Of a stretch of 64,000 nucleotides of DNA, positions 56,893-64,000 are shown one piece after another. The translations under genes and the position numbers were made by a program. The stretch is from Polyangiales bacterium (lineage in GTDB: Bacteria > Myxococcota_A > Polyangia > Polyangiales > Houyiibacteriaceae). How positions within the stretch are numbered: the stretch's first letter is position 1; every line of letters starts with the position of its first letter. The notes under the pieces were generated by a model that did not search any database, had not been told where the DNA came from, and worked only from the letters and a program-made list of their open reading frames with translations. The stretch covers positions 2,996,338-3,060,337 of the forward strand of contig OZ245758.1 in NCBI GenBank assembly GCA_965227405.1, written 5' to 3'.

Positions 56893-58596
56893 ATGAATTC
56901 GAGCAAGTACTTCGCTCCTGGCTTGTTCGTCGCCATCGGTTGCATCGTGGTTGGCGCGTACGTGGCCCAAACCGCAGGTGTTGTTGGCGCGTTGATCGCC
57001 GGTCTCGGCGCTCTGTTCAGCTGCTTCGCGATCGGCGCCGGCATCACCCCTCCAAGCCTGACGCCTTTTGCACGCGCAGCTCGTGACGCCTCGCGCGGTC
57101 GCACACCCAACCGGCCCAGCGACTTGCCCGAAGGTGGCGACGCACTCTTCGATGCACTCGATGCTGCAGCGGACTCCATCCAAGCCCTGGGCACCGACGC
57201 CGAGGCGCAGATTCACGATCTTCAGACAGCGCTCAAGACCGCCGAGGACGCGCGCGATGCAGCGCTTCAAGCTCGCAAGGACGTCGATGCTCGCTTCGCC
57301 GAAGCTGCGCGTCAGGTCCGCGAAGCCGAGGCGTCGATCGCGGGGTTGGTCGACTCGCTGAACTCGGGTCTTGGCGAGCAGATGGCCGCAGTGGAACAGA
57401 CCACCAGTTCGATGCGCAGTATGGACGGCGCGCTCCAAGGTATCGGTCAGCACGTCGAAGCGTTGGCCAGCAGTGCCGAGGAGAGTTCGAGCAGCATCTT
57501 GGAGATGACCGCCACCAACGACGAGGTCGCCGAGAACATGGCGAACCTTGCTGCGTCCGTGCGCGAGACGGTCAGTTCGATCGAAGAGATGGCCTACTCG
57601 ATCAAAGAGGTCGCCCGAAACGTCGATGCGCTTTCACTGACCGCGGAAGAAACGTCGTCGTCGATGAACCAGATGGACGTGTCCATCGACCAGGTGCAGT
57701 CCAACGCCAACGAAACGGCGCGATTGTCGGCCGAGGTTGCCAGCGACGCCGAAAAGGGCGCCGAGGCGATTCTGAAGATCATCAACGAGATCAATCGCAT
57801 CAAGTCGACTTCGAGCGAGGCCGTCGCGGTCATCTCGAATCTCGGAAGCCGCATCGAAGCGATTGGCGACATCCTTAACGTGATCGACGACGTGGCCGAG
57901 CAGACCAACCTGCTGGCGCTCAACGCCGCCATCATTGCGGCGCAAGCCGGTGAGCACGGCAAGGGCTTCGCGGTTGTGGCAGACGAGATCAAGGATCTCG
58001 CTGAGCGCGCCGGTGCGAGCACCAAGGAAATCGCAGAACTGATCAAGACGATTCAGGCCGAGTCGAAGAACGCGATCGTGGCTGTGGAGCGTGGGGCGAG
58101 CACGGTCGACAGTGGTGTGACGGTGAGTGCTGAAGCCGAGAGTGCACTCAAGAAGATCTTGTCGTCGTCGCAGAAGAGCACGGCGATGGTGCGCGCGATT
58201 GCACGTGCGACCGTGGAGCAGGCCAAGGGATCGAAGCAGGTGACCGATGCTATTGGTCGCATCGCCGAAACGGTTCAACAGATCGCAGCCGCGACTGCGG
58301 AACAGGCGCGTGGTTCGGAGCTGATCATGAAGAGCGCAGAGAAGATGCGCTTGATCACCCAGCACGTGGAGCGATCGAGTCAGGAGCAGGCGCGCGGCGG
58401 TCGTCAGATCAGCCAGGCGATCGAGAACATCTCCAACATGGTCAACCACCTGCACCAGTCGCATCGCGCACAGGCACGCGGTTCGGAAGAAACGCTCGAA
58501 GCTGCGTCACGCATCGCCAAGCTTGCAAAAGACTCCGAAAAGGCCGTTGCGTCGATCGAAGGTCTGACCAAAAAGCTCCGCGAAATCAGCGAGTAA
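56893..58596 (+). CDS. Methyl-accepting chemotaxis protein (membrane-anchored, no periplasmic sensor domain)
   Basis: N-terminal TM hairpin. Coiled-coil methylation helices. Highly conserved MCP signalling hairpin [37 protein letters not shown]. Confidence 0.75.
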   Translation: MNSSKYFAPGLFVAIGCIVVGAYVAQTAGVVGALIAGLGALFSCFAIGAGITPPSLTPFARAARDASRGRTPNRPSDLPEGGDALFDALDAAADSIQALGTDAEAQIHDLQTALKTAEDARDAALQARKDVDARFAEAARQVREAEASIAGLVDSLNSGLGEQMAAVEQTTSSMRSMDGALQGIGQHVEALASSAEESSSSILEMTATNDEVAENMANLAASVRETVSSIEEMAYSIKEVARNVDALSLTAEETSSSMNQMDVSIDQVQSNANETARLSAEVASDAEKGAEAILKIINEINRIKSTSSEAVAVISNLGSRIEAIGDILNVIDDVAEQTNLLALNAAIIAAQAGEHGKGFAVVADEIKDLAERAGASTKEIAELIKTIQAESKNAIVAVERGASTVDSGVTVSAEAESALKKILSSSQKSTAMVRAIARATVEQAKGSKQVTDAIGRIAETVQQIAAATAEQARGSELIMKSAEKMRLITQHVERSSQEQARGGRQISQAIENISNMVNHLHQSHRAQARGSEETLEAASRIAKLAKDSEKAVASIEGLTKKLREISE

Positions 58597-58652
58597 CCCG
58601 TATTTCACGCGGTTGCGCTTCGTGCACGCAAACCGCATGATCCCCTCGAGCG

Positions 58653-59105
58653 ATGTTCGGCATTGGCGCCGGTGAGATGGTCATCGTGGCGATCGTGCTT
58701 TTGATCGCCGTCGGCCCTGGGAAGATGCCCGGTTTTATGAAAGCCGTCGGCAAGGGCATGCGCGAGTTTCGTCGAGCCAGCCGCGAGCTTCGCAAGCAGT
58801 CCGGTATCGACGACCTGATGCGCGAAGACGCGCTGGGTGTGCGCGAATTGCAGCGCGAGATTCAGCGTGCAGGCAAGGAAGCTCCCGCACCGCGTCGCGA
58901 ACAGAAGATGACCAGCGAGGACATCCGGCGCGAACAGCCGCCCGAAGGTGTCGACATCGTGCACGCGCGCGCTCTTGCAGTTCAAAAGCGCACGGCCAAG
59001 ATGGTGGCCGAACGAGAAGCGAACGTCGATCCCTTGGATACGCCGGAGCTGACAGAGCCGGCCGATGCGGTGGCGATTCCGCGTGAGCGAATGGACGAAG
59101 AATGA
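58653..59105 (+). CDS. tatB: Twin-arginine translocase TatA/TatB-family protein (TatB-like, 150 aa)
   Basis: MFGIGAGEMVIVAIVLLIAVGPGKMPG N-terminal TM + hinge typical of TatA/B. Amphipathic helix and charged tail. Directly upstream of tatC. Confidence 0.6.
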   Translation: MFGIGAGEMVIVAIVLLIAVGPGKMPGFMKAVGKGMREFRRASRELRKQSGIDDLMREDALGVRELQREIQRAGKEAPAPRREQKMTSEDIRREQPPEGVDIVHARALAVQKRTAKMVAEREANVDPLDTPELTEPADAVAIPRERMDEE

Positions 59106-59941
59106 GCGCCGCGAAGAGCGACGCAGCGACGCCTGAAGACGACGTCGAGATGGGCTTCTTCGAGCATCTCGCCGAACTGCGCACGCGTCTGATTCGCTCG
59201 ATCTACGGAATCGTTCCGTGCGTCGCAGTGGCGTGGCTCTTCAAAGAGCATCTGCTGGGTGCGCTGCTCGCGCCCTTGCTCGAGGCGTACAACTCGCTGG
59301 GGATCGACCCTGAGATCCACTTCAAGAACTTGGTCGATCCCTTCATGGCGTACCTGAAGATTTCGATCATCGCGGGACTCTTCGCCGCAGCGCCGTGGGT
59401 GTTTTGGCAGGTGTGGGGCTTCATCGCGCCGGGCCTCTACAAGAAAGAAAAGCTCCTCGCGATTCCGTTCGTGCTGACGTCCACGCTGTGTTTCGTCGGT
59501 GGATCGCTCTTCGGCTACTTCATCGTCTTCCCGATGGGTTTCGAGACCTTTCTCTCGTATGCGGGCGAGGTTCCGAACATCGGTGGTTCGGGTACTGGCA
59601 TCGAGCTGCAGCCGACCATCATGATCAACGAGTACCTGACCTTCTCCACGCGTCTGTTGTTGGCGTTTGGCGTGGTGTTCGAGGTGCCGGTGGTGGTCAC
59701 GTTCATCAGCGCGATTGGCCTCGTGACGTGGAAGGGCCTGCTGAAGTTCGCGCGCTGGTGGATCTTGTGCGCGACTTTGTTGGCTGCGTTTCTGACGCCT
59801 CCGGATGTGGCGTCGCAGATGATCATGCTCATTCCGCTGATCGGTCTGTACTTCTTCTCGATCGGTATCGCGTTCTTGATCGACAAGCGTCGCGATGCGA
59901 AGCGGAAGAAAGATCCGGACGATGATCTCTACGAGCGCTAA
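59102..59941 (+). CDS. tatC: Twin-arginine translocase subunit TatC
   Basis: Six-TM profile and conserved TatC N-terminus FFEHLAELRTRLIRS. 4-nt overlap with the tatB-like gene. Confidence 0.8.
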   Translation: MSAAKSDAATPEDDVEMGFFEHLAELRTRLIRSIYGIVPCVAVAWLFKEHLLGALLAPLLEAYNSLGIDPEIHFKNLVDPFMAYLKISIIAGLFAAAPWVFWQVWGFIAPGLYKKEKLLAIPFVLTSTLCFVGGSLFGYFIVFPMGFETFLSYAGEVPNIGGSGTGIELQPTIMINEYLTFSTRLLLAFGVVFEVPVVVTFISAIGLVTWKGLLKFARWWILCATLLAAFLTPPDVASQMIMLIPLIGLYFFSIGIAFLIDKRRDAKRKKDPDDDLYER

Positions 59942-59945
59942 CCGC

Positions 59946-61022
59946 TCACCAGTTCGTGTTTGTTCGCAGGTGCTCTAAGGCTTCGCGCCACTCTTCACGC
60001 ACTTGCGGGTGCAGCGTGGTTGAGTTGGTGATGATCCGCATGTGCTCTTCGGTGGTGAACCCGTTGCTCTCCAAATCGAGGTCGTTCACTTGCGCAAGGT
60101 GCGGTGACTGCGCGATTGCTTTGAGCCCCTCTAGTCCGAGGTCGATGTTTCGAGACAAGTCGAGTCGACGCAGTTGCGGGAACTCCACGCTTACCAAGGC
60201 CTTCGCGCCCTGAGCCGTGAGTTTCGTATTCGCGAGCGAGAGCCACTGAAGGGTTTCGAGAAAACGCGCATTGGTAAGCGCTTGCACACCCTGATCGCCG
60301 CAGAGGGTGTCGCTGACGTCGAGTTGTTCCAAGGGATGTGCAGAGCGCGCAATCCGTTCCACAGCACGTCCGTCAATGCCCGTTCCGTTGAGTTCCAAGC
60401 GCCGTAGACGACACGTGCTTTCGCAGAGCGCTTCGATGCTCGGCAACCCCAACGCGCAGTTGTAGATATCGAGGTGATGCACGTGTGGGATCCGGTTTGC
60501 CACCATGGTCCAGGTAGGCTCGTCGATGGCGCCACTTCGCAGATAGAGTTCGCGCACTCGGTAAAACGCGCTGACCAACTCCACGGCCGCGTGTCGGTTC
60601 GCGGGCGCACCATCGATATGCAGCAGCTCCAGACTTGGACAGGGCTCCGGTGTAACGCTTGCTTGTCGACCCTCGATGTAGAGGTAGTTCACGCGGTGCA
60701 GCTCACCGCTTGCGACCAGTCGTTCAAACGCGTCGTCCGGTGCTTCTTCCAGGTCGAATGTAAATCGCGCACTCGGAATCAACGCGCAGCATGCCTCGAA
60801 TCCCGAAAGTGGATTGGGGCCGTAGAACCAGAACGGCTCATGCGGATGGGCTTGCAGACGAGGTAGCCATGGACCGGTCGGTGCAGCTGCGAGTTGGAGC
60901 AGCAACTCCGTCCGACGTTTCTCGAACGCAGCGTCGAGTTCGTTGATTGCACACAGCTCGTCTGTGATCGCTTCCGGATCCACACGCTCAGTTTGCGCCC
61001 GATCGAGTACTCGAAAGCTCAC
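59946..61022 (-). CDS. Leucine-rich repeat protein (ribonuclease-inhibitor-like LRRs)
   Basis: Repeated LxxLxLxxNxIgxxGaxaL units (LRRLELNGTGIDGRAVERIA, LQWLSLANTKLTAQGAKAL, LRRLDLSRNIDLGLEGLKAIA, LDLESNGFT). Confidence 0.55.
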   Translation of the reverse strand: MSFRVLDRAQTERVDPEAITDELCAINELDAAFEKRRTELLLQLAAAPTGPWLPRLQAHPHEPFWFYGPNPLSGFEACCALIPSARFTFDLEEAPDDAFERLVASGELHRVNYLYIEGRQASVTPEPCPSLELLHIDGAPANRHAAVELVSAFYRVRELYLRSGAIDEPTWTMVANRIPHVHHLDIYNCALGLPSIEALCESTCRLRRLELNGTGIDGRAVERIARSAHPLEQLDVSDTLCGDQGVQALTNARFLETLQWLSLANTKLTAQGAKALVSVEFPQLRRLDLSRNIDLGLEGLKAIAQSPHLAQVNDLDLESNGFTTEEHMRIITNSTTLHPQVREEWREALEHLRTNTNW

Positions 61023-61119
61023 TGATTTCGCGACGCATGCATGCTGTGAATGAACGCGGATTCACTGAACAGAAAACGGGTTGCGCGTGTGACAGCCCAG
61101 TGACAGACCGGTCCGCTTC

Positions 61120-61353
61120 ATGGGTTGGAATAGCAGCAAGAAACGCAACGATAGTTCTGTGATGTCGCGACCTTCAGCGCGTCAGAACACCGAGCGGCTG
61201 ACTGCGTTGGATGCGAGTGGTTCGCCGATTGGAGAATCAGCGCACATCTGGGAAGGCGCGTGCACGATCTCCGAGGTCGACCGCCTTCTGAGCGAGATCA
61301 TCTCGCTGGATGATTCCGATCTCGATTCGGACACGAACCGTCTCGCCGGCTGA
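61120..61353 (+). CDS. Small hypothetical ORF (77 aa) in a 330-bp intergenic region
   Basis: ORF only. Acidic C-terminus. No RBS analysis possible. Weak. Confidence 0.2.
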   Translation: MGWNSSKKRNDSSVMSRPSARQNTERLTALDASGSPIGESAHIWEGACTISEVDRLLSEIISLDDSDLDSDTNRLAG

Positions 61354-61354
61354 G

Positions 61355-62278
61355 TTACTCAACGGCTTCAAGAGCGCGCAGCAAACCCGCGCCGCTTGAG
61401 GGAACCAAGGTGACCCAGCCGTTCGTCTCTTCGCTTCGCGCATACCAGGTCAGTGCGTCCGGACCACGATGAACTTCGACCCAACCGAGTTCTTCGCGGT
61501 CCGACAGCTCGACGCGAACAATGCGCTCACCAAGCTCCGGGTCTTGTTCCAAGTACTCGCGCACAGACAGTTGCGAGAGCGCGCGCATGAATCGGTCGAG
61601 GTCTCGCCGTCGTGTCTCCGGATCCGAAGCATCGATCCACGCAGCATCGTGTGAACGTCGGTTGCGGTGCTCCAACGCCCACGTGCGCGTACCTGTATCG
61701 ATCTGAGCACGACTCGCCTCGCGATAGTCGAAACGGTGCAAGCGCTGTTGCATGAGCCGCACCTCCGCCGTAGCAAGCGCACGAACCAAGGTCGAAGGCA
61801 CAAGCAGGACTTCGTCGTCACCATCGCGGCGGATGTAGCGGTCACCGGTTCCGTACGCGCGTCCACCGACATCAAACGCATGCTCGTCCTCGCCGCACTT
61901 GAGCGTGAGTAGACCTTCTGGCTCGTTCAGTCCCACGTCGACGAGCGCATCTCCCTCCAATACGCCGAGCGAGCGCCGAGCGACCAAGGGGGTAAGCGCA
62001 TCGATGTAGGTTTCGGCATCTTCGCCACCGACGAAACGCCTCTCGACGGGCGTTTCCCCCTCAGGTCGTCGCGCGACCCGAATCCAAACGCGGTCCCCTT
62101 CGCGTCCCAGATCGACGTCACGACGTTCGCTTCGGTATTCGACCGCGTCGACGCGGCAGTCCAAAACCTCCACGGTTCCGATCGTCTCGCTCCGAGCATC
62201 GCTGCTGGCGTGGATCGCGAGAGCAATCGCCAACACCGCGAGGGCGCCGTGCAATGCGGCATCTGCGCGCGGACTCAT
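61355..62278 (-). CDS. DUF4340-like protein (partner of GldG-like ABC auxiliary proteins)
   Basis: N-terminal signal/TM MSPRADAALHGALAVLAIALAIHA. Position immediately downstream of a GldG-like gene (4-nt overlap) as in GldG/DUF4340 pairs. Domain call by context. Confidence 0.35.
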   Translation of the reverse strand: MSPRADAALHGALAVLAIALAIHASSDARSETIGTVEVLDCRVDAVEYRSERRDVDLGREGDRVWIRVARRPEGETPVERRFVGGEDAETYIDALTPLVARRSLGVLEGDALVDVGLNEPEGLLTLKCGEDEHAFDVGGRAYGTGDRYIRRDGDDEVLLVPSTLVRALATAEVRLMQQRLHRFDYREASRAQIDTGTRTWALEHRNRRSHDAAWIDASDPETRRRDLDRFMRALSQLSVREYLEQDPELGERIVRVELSDREELGWVEVHRGPDALTWYARSEETNGWVTLVPSSGAGLLRALEAVE

Positions 62279-64000
62279 TCCTCTTCTCCCTTGGCTTTTG
62301 TGGGCAAAGAGTTCGGTGGTTCGTTGCGACCGCGCCGCCTTCGGCGTCGTGCCACCCCAACCCCAGCGAGGAGGAACAGAACCGGTGGACCAAAACTGGT
62401 GGCGTGAAAGATCAGTGCGTCATCTTCGTGCTTGTGTTCGATGGGCTCGTCTTCGCGGGTCGTCGTCACACCAACCACGATCGGCTCCGCCTCGGCGCGA
62501 AGGTCCCCGATCAACCACTGCAGCGAATCGCCCAGAAGCGCGTTGTTGCCTCGATAGCCAAACGAGTCGTCACCACCAAACGACCCGTCGCCGATGAACA
62601 CGGCACGACCGCGGTTCATCGTCACCGCCGCTACCGCACGCTCGGGTTGCGCGCGCTCGTCGTCGTCCAGCACCCGGTCGTCGTCGAGGTCCCGCCATGA
62701 GTCCTCTTCGGTGCGAACGGGAAACACTGCTCGAACACCTTCGGGAAGGGGCTGAAGCGGTGCGAACGCAGCACCACGGTGGAACACAGTGGCGTACTGC
62801 CGTCGAGCTCGTGCCGTTCGCACGATCGGATGTTGGCCGTAGCGCTCCGTGTAGACGCGTTGTTTGTCCGCGTCGGTCCGGGTGCGGGGCACAAAGCTTG
62901 TGCTCGCGGTGAGCACACCCTCCAGCATTTCGATGCCAAAGGGCGCGAGCAACGACTCTGCGTTCGCTTCGTGATCCACAAACGCCAAGATGCGCCCACC
63001 GCCTCGGACATACTCGGCAAGGCTGGTGATCTCTGCCGGTGAAAACGGCTCGCGTGGTCCGGCGATCACGACAAGAGGAACATTGTCACCAATCCCTTGC
63101 GCCAAGCCTTGCGCCAAACCGAGTTGGCGTGGCGCAAAGTTGAATCGACGAAGAGCACGCGTGAAGCGCTCCAAGCGTTCGTCCACGTTCGACTCGTCGC
63201 CGCGTAGTCCACGCTCTTCGTGCCCGACCGTGAAGAACACTTCGCGGCGAGGTTGCGTGAGTTTGGAGAACGCTTCTTGGAAGCGTCCATCAAGCGTGCG
63301 CAGGGCGGGTCGCGCGGTCGCCAAATCCAAGCCGACCTCGACGACTTCGGCTTGAGCTTGTTCGCCTTCGCCGCGAATCAGCGCCACGATGCCGTTGCCT
63401 TCCAACCGCAGTTGCGTCGCCAGCCCTGGAATCAACGCGTGGTCGACGCGCTCGGTGACAAAGAGTTCGGATTCGTCGTCCAGTGCGTCGAAGAAGTTCT
63501 CGAGGCGAGCATGAACTTCGTCGCCTTCGGGGAAGAGCCGTAGCGCACGAACTTCCTCGCCGAGACCACGCACCATACGAAGCGTGGTGTCGCTGGGTTC
63601 CGTGACTCCGAGGTACGAGAGGTCGACCGAAGCGTCTCGTTTGTGCGCGGCCACGTTGATCGCCGCGACGAAGATGGTCGCAAACGCGACCGCAGCCCCT
63701 CTCCAGCCGGCTCGTCGCGCAATACGGAGTGTGCTTTCGCCCCACTGTTCACGAGGCACCTCGCGCAGTCGTAGCTCGATGCTCAGCGACACGACCAAGG
63801 CGCACAGGCCCACGCTCGGCCAAGCAAAACGCAGCACATGTTCGAGCGCATGTCCGACGGGCACACCAAGGCGGTCCAACCCTTCGCCCGTGCTGGCTCC
63901 GTACAGCGCCATCGACAGCACGAGCCCTGCGTGCGCCAGCTGGCGCAGTCGATCGATGGCTTGTCGGTGTTGCCACGCGTGCAGTGCCAAGCATGCCACC
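62275..64000 (-). CDS. GldG-like ABC-type transport auxiliary protein (ABC_transp_aux), 5' end probably beyond window
   Basis: Large periplasmic domain with ...IAGPREPFSPAEITSLAEYVRGGGRILAFVD... typical of the GldG/ABC_transp_aux family. C-terminal TM + RRRRRGR anchor. ORF is open to the window edge. Confidence 0.5.
   Translation of the reverse strand, partial: VACLALHAWQHRQAIDRLRQLAHAGLVLSMALYGASTGEGLDRLGVPVGHALEHVLRFAWPSVGLCALVVSLSIELRLREVPREQWGESTLRIARRAGWRGAAVAFATIFVAAINVAAHKRDASVDLSYLGVTEPSDTTLRMVRGLGEEVRALRLFPEGDEVHARLENFFDALDDESELFVTERVDHALIPGLATQLRLEGNGIVALIRGEGEQAQAEVVEVGLDLATARPALRTLDGRFQEAFSKLTQPRREVFFTVGHEERGLRGDESNVDERLERFTRALRRFNFAPRQLGLAQGLAQGIGDNVPLVVIAGPREPFSPAEITSLAEYVRGGGRILAFVDHEANAESLLAPFGIEMLEGVLTASTSFVPRTRTDADKQRVYTERYGQHPIVRTARARRQYATVFHRGAAFAPLQPLPEGVRAVFPVRTEEDSWRDLDDDRVLDDDERAQPERAVAAVTMNRGRAVFIGDGSFGGDDSFGYRGNNALLGDSLQWLIGDLRAEAEPIVVGVTTTREDEPIEHKHEDDALIFHATSFGPPVLFLLAGVGVARRRRRRGRNEPPNSLPTKAKGEEE

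Noticed and set aside
56320-57453. 377-aa minus-strand ORF overlapping the TPR lipoprotein and MCP genes
   Set aside because: It spans two well-supported plus-strand genes and an intergenic region. Its composition is that of a shadow frame.
1-64000. Mobile elements, CRISPR arrays, rRNA/tRNA genes
   Set aside because: No transposase/integrase/recombinase-like ORF and no regularly spaced direct repeats were seen. No cloverleaf-compatible tRNA-like sequences were noticed in intergenic regions. The only large inverted repeats (40403..40519; 37253..37328) are short intergenic palindromes without flanking target-site duplications.

Overview
High-GC (roughly 65%) bacterial chromosomal window, very probably from a myxobacterium (Myxococcota). 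The evidence is GC-rich codon usage, many lipoproteins with L-x-G/A-C lipoboxes, Myxococcus-type cysteine-rich repeat modules, three Ser/Thr kinases plus a PP2C phosphatase, RCC1-repeat and LRR proteins, and PEGA/TPR proteins. Gene density is high on both strands and short stop/start overlaps (translational coupling) are frequent. Recognisable housekeeping genes are gltB-gltD (glutamate synthase), mobA, gluQ, an rhlE-like DEAD-box helicase, tatB-tatC, an HtrA protease, an MCP, an Lrp regulator and an EamA transporter. No transposase/integrase, CRISPR array, rRNA or tRNA was seen. The stand-out feature is an intact bacterial homologue of the eukaryotic Major Vault Protein (30998..33004, minus strand), with repeat, shoulder and cap-helix regions alignable to human MVP. 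Other unusual content: (i) five tandem, translationally coupled paralogues encoding lipoproteins with an N-terminal cysteine-rich module and RCC1 beta-propeller repeats (354..7336); (ii) two tandem giant secreted paralogues (1708 and 1545 aa) with an alpha-2-macroglobulin-like MG-domain signature and an embedded type II secretion pseudopilin (GspG)-like C-terminal motif; (iii) a 117-bp nested-palindrome element in the divergent promoter region between an NMT1-like gene and the PP2C gene; (iv) an AT-rich structured intergenic island between two convergent genes. Coordinates of ORFs include the stop codon, as in the supplied track. Several start codons are GTG/TTG and were re-assigned by hand from signal-peptide and domain logic.
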